Positions 44,233-53,489 of a stretch of DNA of 64,000 nt are shown in pieces. The DNA comes from an uncultured Gammaproteobacteria bacterium (lineage in GTDB: Bacteria > Patescibacteriota > Patescibacteriia > Patescibacteriales > GWC2-42-12): positions 157,216-221,215 of the forward strand of contig CAZLKB010000001.1 of assembly GCA_964560005.1 (NCBI GenBank). The letters run 5' to 3'. How positions within the stretch are numbered: the first letter of the stretch is position 1; each line of letters starts with the position of its first letter. The notes beneath the pieces are model-generated. The model was not told the origin of the DNA. It saw only the letters and a list, made by a program, of their open reading frames with translations, and did not search any database. The position numbers were made by a program, and so were the translations under genes.

Positions 44233-45363
44233 ATGTCTTTATCCATCGGCATTGTGGGTTTGCCTAATGTGGGCAAATCAACTCTATTTAACGCTTTAAC
44301 CAAGAAAAATGTGGAAGCGTCCAATTATCCTTTTTGCACCATTGATCCGAATGTGGGCGTGGTTAAAGTACCCGACGAGAGACTGGAGAAGCTGGCGGCA
44401 ATATCCAAGCCTAAAAAGATAATTCCGACCTATATTGAATTCGTGGATATCGCCGGCTTGGTTAAGGGCGCGTCGGAAGGCGAAGGCCTGGGCAACAAAT
44501 TTTTATCCCATATCCGGGAATGCGACGCCATCTTAGAAGTAGTTCGGGAATTTAAAGATGACAATATTATTCATGTTAACGGAAAAATTGACCCGGACTC
44601 TGACAGAGAAACGATTAATCTGGAATTGATTTTGGCCGATCTGGCCACGGTGGAAAAAAGATTGGAGAAAGTAATAAAGGAGGCTAAGAGCGGCAATAAA
44701 GAAATGATCGTTTTAAAAAATTTGCTGGAGAAAATAAAAATACAACTGGAAGCCGGCAAGGCGGTGCGCGAGATGAGTTTAACTGAAGATGAAACTAGAG
44801 AAGTTAAAATTTTAGGATTATTGACGGTAAAACCGATTATTTATGTGCTGAATACTAAGGGAGAAAACCCCCTTTCCGCCGAAGGCGGATCCGCCCCTGT
44901 GGGAAGCCCCCCTCCGCCAGAGGCGGACAAATTTATCAAGGGGGCTGAAAATACTCGGAATGGAAAAGTTATAAAGATTGACGCCAAGATTGAAGCGGAA
45001 ATCGCCGGTTTGCCCGAAGCCGAACAGGCGGAATATATTAAAGAATTAGGTTTAAACCAAAGCGGTTTGGATAAATTAATAAAAGCGTCTTATGAAATTT
45101 TGGGCTTGATAACTTTTTTAACCACCGGAGCGGACGAAACCCGCGCCTGGACGATAAAACGCGGGACTAAGGCACCCGAAGCCGCCGGCGTGATTCACAC
45201 GGACTTCGCTAAAGGCTTTATCCGCGCCGAAGTGATAGATTGGCGGAAGTTTATTGAAGCCGGAAGCGAGGCTAAAGCGCGCGAGCTAGGGTGGATGAGA
45301 ACCGAAGGCAAGAATTACATCATGCAGGATGGGGATGTATGTAATTTTTTGATTAATAGCTAA
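44233..45363 (+). CDS. ychF: Ribosome-binding ATPase YchF, with in-frame GC-rich palindromic insert
   Basis: [44 protein letters not shown]-terminal TGS region; extra [18 protein letters not shown]. Confidence 0.9.
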   Translation: MSLSIGIVGLPNVGKSTLFNALTKKNVEASNYPFCTIDPNVGVVKVPDERLEKLAAISKPKKIIPTYIEFVDIAGLVKGASEGEGLGNKFLSHIRECDAILEVVREFKDDNIIHVNGKIDPDSDRETINLELILADLATVEKRLEKVIKEAKSGNKEMIVLKNLLEKIKIQLEAGKAVREMSLTEDETREVKILGLLTVKPIIYVLNTKGENPLSAEGGSAPVGSPPPPEADKFIKGAENTRNGKVIKIDAKIEAEIAGLPEAEQAEYIKELGLNQSGLDKLIKASYEILGLITFLTTGADETRAWTIKRGTKAPEAAGVIHTDFAKGFIRAEVIDWRKFIEAGSEAKARELGWMRTEGKNYIMQDGDVCNFLINS

Positions 45364-45700
45364 CACTCCGCTTGGGCCCTCCGGGCAGGGCAAAATCCGG
45401 GGTGGTTATAAAATATAATAAAAAAGCCATCAGCGCCGGAAGGCGTTTTATTATTGTTAAAAATGTGCTGTACTAAGAGTATAAACTAATCACTCTAACA
45501 TTAAATATAATCAAAGCTCTAAGCCAAAATGGTTGCATATTTCTCTTTTTGCCGTTTTAGTGGCTTTCTTTACTGTCGTTTCAATCCGCCGGTCGGCTGA
45601 TTGAAACGGCAAGCAAGCAGGCGGTCGATCATCAAGCCGGCAAAATTATCGCTTAGCGAACGCAACTTAAAATTATTTAGAGTTTTGCGAAAAAAAACTT

Positions 45701-46825
45701 ATGAAAAAAGTATTATTTATCTGCCTGCTGGCGGTTTTTACCTTCAGCCTAGCCGGCAGCGCCTCGGCGGCGGTTACTAATGCCAGTATTACTATTCCTG
45801 CTGATCAGGAGCTGAATTACCAGACGACAAAAGCTATTACTTGGACATATACCGGCGGGGTTACTGCGCCTAAATTTAATATTTCCATGGTCTCTCAGGC
45901 TACCCCCGCTACCGAATTGCCGATCGCGCAAGTTTTGTGCAGAGCTCCCGGCGTCGACGATCCTTGCACTTTCTCATGGAAAGTAGGCAGTCTTAAAAGC
46001 GGCCGTTTTTTGATGGGAGTAAATTATAAAATCAGAGTTTGTCGAGCAGGCGCAGATCCGACAGATCTGACAGAATGCGATGATAGCCCAACCGATTTCA
46101 CAATTATACCTCCGGAGTTAAAAACTCAACAACAAGTTTTTGATCTCTTCAAAACAGCTATTGGCAATCGTTATAATGACTTAGATAAGAATAATAATTC
46201 AGGCCTAGCCGGCGTTCGAGATTTTATAACGGTGAACACGGCGGCAGCCGACGAAGCCCCAGCTTATAGAATTAGCAAGGATATGGTTAACCAAGCAAAG
46301 GCGTATAAACTGACTGGTAAAGATCTATTGGACTGGTTTAAGGATAAATTTACATCCACACCAAGCGGAGCATTCTTGAATGAGAGAGACAGGAGCGGAA
46401 TCACATATGCTATGACAAACAGATATAAAGATTTGTGCGCTAATAAATTTAATTCAGATGTAAATAATATAAAAGTATATTATAATATAGCTACAGCTAA
46501 AGCCGAGAAAGCAAAACAAGCGGCTATAAAAGTATGTAATGATACTTATAAAGTATCTATAGCCGAAGTCAAAAATATGGCAGAGCCCAACCTCTTTATA
46601 AAAGCTATACAGCAGTTTATTGCGAAAGAGAAGGCCAGACTGATTAAAGATAGTTGCGTTAATATGGCCTATAACAGCTATTATAATAATGCTAAAACTC
46701 ATGCCACCCCCGGCGTTTTAGCGCTTCAAGTAAAATTAGAGTTTGATGACTATCCAGTCAAAAAAACCAACTATACTGATTGTTTAAGTGATGTGGATGA
46801 TTTGACTTGGCAATATACTAATTAG
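45701..46825 (+). CDS. Hypothetical secreted protein
   Basis: Signal peptide MKKVLFICLLAVFTFSLAGSASA; Cys-containing N-terminal beta-type domain; no firm family call. Confidence 0.45.
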   Translation: MKKVLFICLLAVFTFSLAGSASAAVTNASITIPADQELNYQTTKAITWTYTGGVTAPKFNISMVSQATPATELPIAQVLCRAPGVDDPCTFSWKVGSLKSGRFLMGVNYKIRVCRAGADPTDLTECDDSPTDFTIIPPELKTQQQVFDLFKTAIGNRYNDLDKNNNSGLAGVRDFITVNTAAADEAPAYRISKDMVNQAKAYKLTGKDLLDWFKDKFTSTPSGAFLNERDRSGITYAMTNRYKDLCANKFNSDVNNIKVYYNIATAKAEKAKQAAIKVCNDTYKVSIAEVKNMAEPNLFIKAIQQFIAKEKARLIKDSCVNMAYNSYYNNAKTHATPGVLALQVKLEFDDYPVKKTNYTDCLSDVDDLTWQYTN

Positions 46826-46910
46826 TATCATTCACATTTAAGAAAAAATAAGGTTGGTTGGTTGCGTATTTTATTGGTGATTTTGGGGTCTAATAAAGAG
46901 AACTTAGTAT

Positions 46911-46947
46911 TATAAAACATCCTTGGTTAAGCCAAGGATGTTTTATA
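46911..46947. terminator. Bidirectional terminator
   Basis: tataaaacatccttgg-ttaag-ccaaggatgttttata between convergent genes. Confidence 0.8.
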
Positions 46948-46999
46948 AATATTATTTTATAGATGAACTAAATATTTTTTTCTATTTTTATCTGGCAAA

Positions 47000-48313
47000 T
47001 TAAGTTTGTACTTCTCTTTCCATCACCACTATCTCCCGCCAAACCTTTTGCAGTTCGCGGCCGTAAATAATTGTGTCGCGACCGGTTAGTTTTACAAAAA
47101 TATTAGTTCTTAAATTTTCCGGAATCGGATTAATAATTTTTAGGCCGGCCAAGTTAGGATTAAGAAAAATATTTTTTCGTTTGCTATAGAACGACGGCCA
47201 GACTATGACGATTCTGCCGCCGGGTTTTAAGATTTTTTTAAATTCAGACAAGCTTTTTGTATAAAGATTTTCTAAGTCGCTCACGGTTTTATTTATATCA
47301 AACCAGCCTCGCTGCGGACCTAAGTAGGGTTCGGTGATGATGGCGTCAACAAAATTTGGTGCGATATGCTCCGAAATTTGAGTTGCATCCGCTTTCAGTA
47401 ATTGAAAATTGAAAATTGCTTGTCCCCGGATGGGGGAAAATTGAAAATTTTTCTTGGTCCACTCAATATTAATTTTAGTGTTTTCAATCGCCTTATTTGA
47501 GATGTCTGAGCCGATAATGTGTTCGTAGCCCATAAGCATGGCCTCGGTTAAAATAGTGCCGGAACCGCAGAAGGGGTCTAGGATAATCTTTTCGCCTCTT
47601 TCCTTAATATTTTTTTCGTCCAGAGAATTTAACCCCCCTAGCCCCTCCGCCTCGGCAAGCCCAAGGCGAGACGGGCCCTTACAAGGGGGGTAGAGAGACG
47701 GAGCAACCGCTAAGTTTATCATTATTTGCGCCAGTTTGGGCGGCAGCATGCCGGAGCGGTCGTCGCGCGCCGGGCGGCCGTAATCGCGGAACGACAATTC
47801 TTTAAAAGGCTGGACGGCTAAGGTCTTACCCAGAAGCAGTTTATTGTTAAATTCAATAATTACGATCTCAACTCCCCTATCAGAGGTTAATTTGTTTTGT
47901 TCCACCACTACGCTGGACAGGGTCGGCTCCCGGCTTATGACCCAGCGGCTGTTAATACCGGATTGTTTTAACATTTTTTTAAATTCCATGGCTAATGCCT
48001 TAATGTTGGTTTTACTTTTCCCGTAATTGGAAATGCCGAACATGAATTTTTTTTCGCTTGAATCAGGCTTGGCGAAATTCGTCACGGCGTTTAAAATACC
48101 ACTTGTGCTATGAGAATTTATTTCGTCGTAGATTAGGCCGAATTTAACCGTACCGCCGATTTTATTAATAATATTAGGCGATATTTCCCGGTTGGTTTCT
48201 AAAATTGCGATATTGGTTTGGATTAAAGATAGTTTGTCCTCATAGCTAAAAACAGCCGATAATTCGGCTAAAGATAGGGTAGGGTTAGAGCCTAGAATAA
48301 AGAAGTATTGCAT
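47000..48313 (-). CDS. SAM-dependent RNA/DNA methyltransferase (UPF0020/Trm11-RlmL-like), with GC-rich in-frame block
   Basis: ILDPFCGSGTIL (motif I) and ITEPYLGP (motif IV-like); N-terminal THUMP-like region is plausible. Confidence 0.65.
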   Translation of the reverse strand: MQYFFILGSNPTLSLAELSAVFSYEDKLSLIQTNIAILETNREISPNIINKIGGTVKFGLIYDEINSHSTSGILNAVTNFAKPDSSEKKFMFGISNYGKSKTNIKALAMEFKKMLKQSGINSRWVISREPTLSSVVVEQNKLTSDRGVEIVIIEFNNKLLLGKTLAVQPFKELSFRDYGRPARDDRSGMLPPKLAQIMINLAVAPSLYPPCKGPSRLGLAEAEGLGGLNSLDEKNIKERGEKIILDPFCGSGTILTEAMLMGYEHIIGSDISNKAIENTKINIEWTKKNFQFSPIRGQAIFNFQLLKADATQISEHIAPNFVDAIITEPYLGPQRGWFDINKTVSDLENLYTKSLSEFKKILKPGGRIVIVWPSFYSKRKNIFLNPNLAGLKIINPIPENLRTNIFVKLTGRDTIIYGRELQKVWREIVVMEREVQT

Positions 48314-48322
48314 ATGTATTTA

Positions 48323-48456
48323 CCCACAAATCTACAAATTAGCTACAAATATTACGAATAAGTATAATGCGAATACTGCAAATTATCTGCCGGCTAGTTG
48401 GGCGAATGCCGCAAATAGTATTTGTAGTATTTGTAGCTAATTTGTAGATTTGTGGG
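48323..48456. repeat. 134-nt AT-rich word palindrome (CTACAAAT words) immediately upstream of the 47000-48313 start
   Basis: cccacaaatctacaaattagctacaaatattacgaata ... tatttgtagtatttgtagctaatttgtagatttgtggg. Confidence 0.7.
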
Positions 48457-48801
48457 AATGTTTTCAATTAAACCTTAGCATAAGAACACGGCTCTTGCAA
48501 TTTTATAGCCGGCATGTTAAAGTTAAAACACAATTTAATCTTTAACCTTTTCCAGGCCCTTTGTCAAAGAGGGGTGGCTCCGATGTAATGTTGGGGCTAA
48601 AGGTATTCTCAATCCCGATACTATCCCGAATTTTTCGGGAATCAGAGAATATCCGGGATTTTTTTAACCCTTTGAAAACTTTTTCAAAAAAAGTTTTCAA
48701 TACTTTCCCCCTCCGGGGATAAACAAAAATTATAATGTATTAAATAAAATTTTATAGCGGGCAAAGCCCTACGGCCATAAAATTTTATTTAATTATAAAC
48801 T

Positions 48802-49335
48802 ATGTCAAAGGTAAAATCATCAGATCCGCCTCATTACGAATTGCTATACTTAGTCTCCAATAAGTTTAGCGAAACCGAAGTCAAGCCGATTATTGAGAAA
48901 GTGAACTCCTTAATTACCGGCAATCAAGGAAAAATTACCCAAAGCCTTGAGCTGGGGAAAAAAAGATTGGCTTACGCGATCAAGGGCTTTCGCTTCGGCT
49001 ATTATAATTTAGTGGAGTTTGATATGCCCGGAGCGAACCTGGCTAATGTTGACCACGCTTTGCGCATGATGAGCGAAGTATTAAGGCAGCAAATTGTTTT
49101 AAAACAGCTGAAAACAGAAGAGCAAATCAAGCAGGATAAAAGAATCGCGGAAAAAATCGCGGCTAAAAATCTTCAGGCGGAAAAATTGGCGCAAGAAAAA
49201 AACACCGCTAAGAGCCCGGCGCCTAATAAGCCGGCGGCAATTTCCGGCGCTAAAGCGGCCGACCAAGACAAAGTAGATCTGAAAGATTTGGACGAAAAGC
49301 TGGATAAGATTTTAGAAACAGATAATTTATTATAA
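48802..49335 (+). CDS. rpsF: 30S ribosomal protein S6 with Lys/Ala-rich C-terminal extension
   Basis: HYELLYLVS...E.....IEKV..LI....G.I......GKKRLAY.I.....GYY.L..F. Confidence 0.85.
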   Translation: MSKVKSSDPPHYELLYLVSNKFSETEVKPIIEKVNSLITGNQGKITQSLELGKKRLAYAIKGFRFGYYNLVEFDMPGANLANVDHALRMMSEVLRQQIVLKQLKTEEQIKQDKRIAEKIAAKNLQAEKLAQEKNTAKSPAPNKPAAISGAKAADQDKVDLKDLDEKLDKILETDNLL

Positions 49336-49407
49336 TTTTTATAATTTAAGTTTTAATAAATTTACCGTCATTTTGCCCTATGCTAAATGACGGTGAAGAC
49401 GGTATTT

Positions 49408-49866
49408 ATGAATTTAAACAAAGCCATGATCATTGGCAATTTGACCAGAGATCCGGAAATTAGAACTACGCCGACTGGCAAGACGGTAGCTTCTTTTTCC
49501 GTGGCTACCAATTTCGTTTGGACGGATCAATCGGGCCAAAAGCGGGAAAAAGCCGAATTTCATAATATTGTTGCCTGGGCGAGGTTGGCGGAAATTTGCG
49601 GCCAGTATTTAAAAAAGGGAGCTAAAATTTACCTGGAAGGCAGACTGCAGACCCGTGACTGGGTCGGCCAGGATAATGTTAAGCGCTACCGCACGGAGAT
49701 TATCGCCGAGAATATGATTATGCTTGATCGCGCCGGCAGTTCGGCCAGCCGCAATGAACAGCCGCCTATGCCAAGCGAGCCGGTAATAAATGTTGAAGAG
49801 GCTGCCAGCGCGCCGGAAGAGGGCGCCAGCGAAGAAGAAATCAGAGTAGAAAATATACCGTTTTAA
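49408..49866 (+). CDS. ssb: Single-stranded DNA-binding protein
   Basis: MNLNKAMIIGNLTRDPEIRTTPTGKTVASFSVATN...FHNIVAWARLAE; acidic tail EEEIRVENIPF; start moved from 49387. Confidence 0.9.
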   Translation: MNLNKAMIIGNLTRDPEIRTTPTGKTVASFSVATNFVWTDQSGQKREKAEFHNIVAWARLAEICGQYLKKGAKIYLEGRLQTRDWVGQDNVKRYRTEIIAENMIMLDRAGSSASRNEQPPMPSEPVINVEEAASAPEEGASEEEIRVENIPF

Positions 49867-49875
49867 TAATTATAA

Positions 49876-49950
49876 TTCAAATACTACAAAAAATAATGCC
49901 AATACTACAAATATTCGTAGTATTCGTGTGCCATTTGTAGAATTCGTATT
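49876..49950. repeat. TACTACAAA-word palindrome inside the rpsF-ssb-rpsR cluster
   Basis: caaatactacaaaaaataatgccaatactacaaatattcgtagtattcgtgtgccatttgtagaattcgtatt; same word family as 504-598. Confidence 0.65.
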
Positions 49951-49958
49951 ACAGGACT

Positions 49959-50180
49959 ATGGAAGAAACAATAAAAAAAGAAAAACAATGTTATTTTTGC
50001 GTCAATAATTTAAAAGAGGTGGATTATAAAGACGCGAATTTTTTGCGCCGGTTTATTAATTCTTACGGAAAGATTTTGCCGAAGAAAAGAGTCGGCACTT
50101 GCTCTAAACATCAGCGCAAATTAGCCATCGCCGTTAAACGAGCTCGGGTGATGGCTATATTGCCTTTCGTCAACAAATAA
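49959..50180 (+). CDS. rpsR: 30S ribosomal protein S18
   Basis: CYFC.....VDYKD...LRRFI...GKILP.R.TG.C.KHQRKLA.AVKRAR..A.LPF. Confidence 0.9.
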   Translation: MEETIKKEKQCYFCVNNLKEVDYKDANFLRRFINSYGKILPKKRVGTCSKHQRKLAIAVKRARVMAILPFVNK

Positions 50181-50251
50181 TCAATCGGTTAGCGTTAGTA
50201 AAATAATAAAGAGCTTGGCTTCGCGGCCAGATTGCGAAAAAGTTTAATGTT

Positions 50252-50812
50252 ATGATGTTAAATCAAGGAGAAATAAAGGTTGGCATATTGGTTCAAATTA
50301 ATAATGAGCCTTATATGGTGATCAAAACAGATCATAATAAGACGGCGCAGCGCCGGGCGGTTTTAAAAACCAAGTTAAAGAATTTGGTTAATGGCAGTAT
50401 CTTAGAAAAGTCTTTTCAGCAGGGCGAAAAAATTGAAGAAGCGGAAACCGAAACCAAGGCGGCTAATTATCAGTATAAGACCGAAACCGAAGCCTCGTTT
50501 ATGGATAATAAAACTTTTGAACAATCCAGCTTGCCGTTAGAGCAGATCGGCGATAAAATCAAGTATTTAAAAGAAGGCACGGATGTGGATATTTTGTATT
50601 TTCAAAATCAACCGGTGGCTTTGAAACTGCCGATTAAGATCGCTTTAAAAGTGGTGAGCGCTCCCCCGGGGGTTAAAGGCAATTCAGCCGGTAATGTTAC
50701 TAAAGTGGTTGAGTTGGAAACCGGACTGCAAATCAGCGTGCCCATGTTTATTAGCGAAGGTGAAATGGTTATAATGAATACTGATACCGGAGAATATGTC
50801 GGCCGGGCGTAG
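50252..50812 (+). CDS. efp: Elongation factor P (atypical modification loop)
   Basis: Three-domain EF-P pattern; the loop reads HNKTAQRRA where HVKPGKG is usual. Confidence 0.85.
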   Translation: MMLNQGEIKVGILVQINNEPYMVIKTDHNKTAQRRAVLKTKLKNLVNGSILEKSFQQGEKIEEAETETKAANYQYKTETEASFMDNKTFEQSSLPLEQIGDKIKYLKEGTDVDILYFQNQPVALKLPIKIALKVVSAPPGVKGNSAGNVTKVVELETGLQISVPMFISEGEMVIMNTDTGEYVGRA

Positions 50813-50851
50813 TCTTGCGGGTACTAGAAAATTAAAATAAATTTAGCGAAT

Positions 50852-50887
50852 AAAAAAATGGCTCCGGAATAACGGAGTCATTTTTTT
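50852..50887. terminator. Bidirectional terminator between efp and recA
   Basis: aaaaaaatggctccg-gaataa-cggagtcattttttt. Confidence 0.75.
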
Positions 50888-50928
50888 GTATGATTTACAG
50901 TGATTTTATTGAGGTAGGTTTTATTTTA

Positions 50929-51960
50929 CTATTCCTCCACTTCTTTAGCTTTAGCTTCGCTTAAAATGCGTTTTCTCAATTCTTTCATTAATTTTTTATC
51001 GGCGCGCAAGAATCGCTTGGCGTTTTCCCGGCCAACCCCCAGCTTAATCTCGCCGTAACTGTATGAGTTGCCGGATTTGTTTATAACATTCATGCTGGCG
51101 CCCAGATCCAAGAGGTCGCCGGAGATGGAAATGCCTTCATTATACATAATATCAAATTCGCAGGAGCGGAAAGGCGCGGCTACTTTATTTTTTACTATTT
51201 TGCATTTTACCCGATTGCCGATTATTTTATCGCCTTGTTTTATTTGCGCCGCCCGCCTAACTTCAATTCTAACCGAAGAATAAAATTTTAAAGCCGTGCC
51301 GCCGGTGGTGGTTTCCGGATTGCCGAAAAAGACGCCGATTTTCATCCTGATTTGGTTTATGAAAATAACCACAGTCTTGGTTTTTGAAATTATGCCGGTT
51401 AATTTGCGCAAAGCCTGGCTCATCAGGCGCGCCTGCAGCCCCATATGCGAATCGCCCATATCGCCTTCAATTTCTTTTTGCGGTACCAGCGCCGCCACGG
51501 AATCAACCACTACTACATCAACCGCGTTGGAGCGAACCAAGGTTTCCAGAATTTCCAAGGCCTGTTCTCCCGTGTCCGGCTGGCTGATCAAGAGTTCTTT
51601 AATATTTATGCCTATTCTGGAAGCGTATTCAGGATCAAGCGCGTGCTCGGCGTCAATAAACGCCGCGATGCCGCCCATTTTTTGCACCTCGGCTATAATA
51701 TGCTGGGCCAGAGTGGTCTTGCCCGATGCTTCGGGGCCGAAAATTTCTATAATCCTGCCTCGCGGTACGCCGTTTATTCCCAGGGCGATATCAACCGATA
51801 GGCAGCCGGTCGGTACGGCGTCAACATCGGACTTTACGGCATCGCCGAATTTCATTATCGCGCCATCGCCGAATTTAGTCTTGATTTGTTCCACGGCGGA
51901 CATGGCAGCCTGCATTTTTTCTTCGGATTCGTTTTTATCTTGGTCGGTTTTATTGTCCAT
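50929..51960 (-). CDS. recA: Recombinase RecA
   Basis: [14 protein letters not shown] Walker [32 protein letters not shown]. Confidence 0.95.
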   Translation of the reverse strand: MDNKTDQDKNESEEKMQAAMSAVEQIKTKFGDGAIMKFGDAVKSDVDAVPTGCLSVDIALGINGVPRGRIIEIFGPEASGKTTLAQHIIAEVQKMGGIAAFIDAEHALDPEYASRIGINIKELLISQPDTGEQALEILETLVRSNAVDVVVVDSVAALVPQKEIEGDMGDSHMGLQARLMSQALRKLTGIISKTKTVVIFINQIRMKIGVFFGNPETTTGGTALKFYSSVRIEVRRAAQIKQGDKIIGNRVKCKIVKNKVAAPFRSCEFDIMYNEGISISGDLLDLGASMNVINKSGNSYSYGEIKLGVGRENAKRFLRADKKLMKELRKRILSEAKAKEVEE

Positions 51961-52072
51961 AAAAAATAAATTAAAAAAGGTTATAATTAACCTCCTGATT
52001 ATTTATATCATAGACTATTATTTTCCACCTGGCAAGCCTGCCTGCCCGCAGGCAAGAGGGGCAAAATCTTCA

Positions 52073-52744
52073 TTATTTTACCAAAATTTGCCTTAAAACA
52101 GTATTACTGCGGCCGTATTTTCTGCTGGCGGTTATGGTAATAAGATTAAGGCCGTTTTTTAAGTTAACCAGTTTTGAAAAATTTCCGTTTTTATCGCTTA
52201 AAACGCTTTCTTGGTTGATTAATAAGTTAGCTTCGGCTTCGGTTTTTCCCGAAACTAACAGAGAAGTTTGGCTAGTAATTAAATCTACGCCCGGGTTGTT
52301 CACCAGTAAAATCGGCGGCGAGATTATTTTATTTATACGGAAGCCTAAATAAACAAAGCAGACGGAAATCACCAAAAAAATTAAAACATTTCTAAGGATT
52401 TTTGGCACCGCCCAGAGGTAGCGGCTTCTTATCACTTGCTTGGAAAAGATTTCTTTTTGCCTCTTGGGCTCTAAAATAGTTATTTCGGCTTCGTAGTCTT
52501 TGACCAGCTGTTTGTAGTCCAAACCTAAAAAAAGCGCGTATTCGCGCAAAAAGTTCTTTCCGTAGACGCCGTGGGGCAGTTGGTTATATTCGCCTTTTTC
52601 CAGCAAAGCCAGATATTTTTCGTTGATATTAAGTTTTTTAGCAACCTCTTTCAGTTTAAGATTTTTGCTCTGGCGGCTGGAGCGAAGTTGTTCGGCCACG
52701 GTTTTTGAGTCCAGATAAATTTTATTGGATTTAAAAAGATTCAT
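52073..52744 (-). CDS. RodZ-like HTH (XRE-type) membrane protein
   Basis: LRSSRQSKNLKLKEVAKKLNINEKYLALLEKGEYNQLP..VYGKNFLREYALFLGLD followed by a TM segment. Confidence 0.7.
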   Translation of the reverse strand: MNLFKSNKIYLDSKTVAEQLRSSRQSKNLKLKEVAKKLNINEKYLALLEKGEYNQLPHGVYGKNFLREYALFLGLDYKQLVKDYEAEITILEPKRQKEIFSKQVIRSRYLWAVPKILRNVLIFLVISVCFVYLGFRINKIISPPILLVNNPGVDLITSQTSLLVSGKTEAEANLLINQESVLSDKNGNFSKLVNLKNGLNLITITASRKYGRSNTVLRQILVK

Positions 52745-52793
52745 GGTTGGCTGGTGATTTGAGTTTTAGAACATTTTTGAGTTAGATGGATGA

Positions 52794-53312
52794 TTAATTA
52801 GGTCCTTCCCACCCCTGCGGAAATGATGAGTTGTTTGACGATGATGAGCCATTATCTTTAAACCAATTAATTGTTGCCCATTTTCCCGCTTGTCCCGCGT
52901 CAATGCCCAATACCGTGAAAACCAGTTGAATAATCATATAACTGGTGAAAACTATGACCAGGCCAACGACTGCTCCGGTAATCGCTTTTTTACCTATGTC
53001 TACACGCTCGGCGCTGCCGGCTGAAATCAGCCACATAACACCTCCATAAATAAAAGCCAATAAAGCCAACGAGCCGACTATGCCTAGAATAAAGTTAGAT
53101 GCGACTATTGCCACGCCGACTATTTCATTCAAGGTATAATTTCCGCAATTGCTGCTAGTACAGCCTTCGGGCGGAGGAGTACTTGGATTTTGTAATATTG
53201 GTACGCCCGGTTGAGTGGATGCTGGATCCGCCGCATATACGGTAAATACAGAAATAGAAAAGACGATAAATAAAAGTAAGGTTATAATTGATAATTTTAT
53301 TAATTTTGGCAT
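52794..53312 (-). CDS. VirB2/TrbC-like pilin paralogue 11 (isolated copy, long Ser/Asn tail)
   Basis: IYGGVMWLISAGSAERVDIGKKAITGAVVGL between two TM helices; tail ...KDNGSSSSNNSSFPQGWEGPN. Confidence 0.55.
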   Translation of the reverse strand: MPKLIKLSIITLLLFIVFSISVFTVYAADPASTQPGVPILQNPSTPPPEGCTSSNCGNYTLNEIVGVAIVASNFILGIVGSLALLAFIYGGVMWLISAGSAERVDIGKKAITGAVVGLVIVFTSYMIIQLVFTVLGIDAGQAGKWATINWFKDNGSSSSNNSSFPQGWEGPN

Positions 53313-53321
53313 ATTGTGTTA

Positions 53322-53480
53322 TTGTCATTGCGGGCTTGACCCGCAATCTAGGTGTAAGAAGTAAATAATTAAAAAATATAATAAAAAAATTAGCAAGTGA
53401 AATAGTTTAAAGCGTTTTTCGATAATTTATAATTTGTACTGTTTGCTCCTGGATTCCGGCTCGGTGGCCGGAATGACAAA
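53322..53480. repeat. GC-rich-ended palindromic element filling the whole spacer (TTGTCATT...AATGACAA)
   Basis: Left end ttgtcattgcgggcttgacccgcaat (53322-53347); right end ggattccggctcggtggccggaatgacaaa (53451-53480). Confidence 0.7.
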
Positions 53481-53489
53481 TAAGGCTCT

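Noticed and set aside
51296-52096. 266-aa ORF on the plus strand, plus 51384-51587 and 51445-51801
   Set aside because: These ORFs lie entirely antisense to, or out of frame with, recA, which shows every canonical RecA motif. Their translations are low-complexity (Ser/Ala/Ile/Pro-rich). No RBS is visible.
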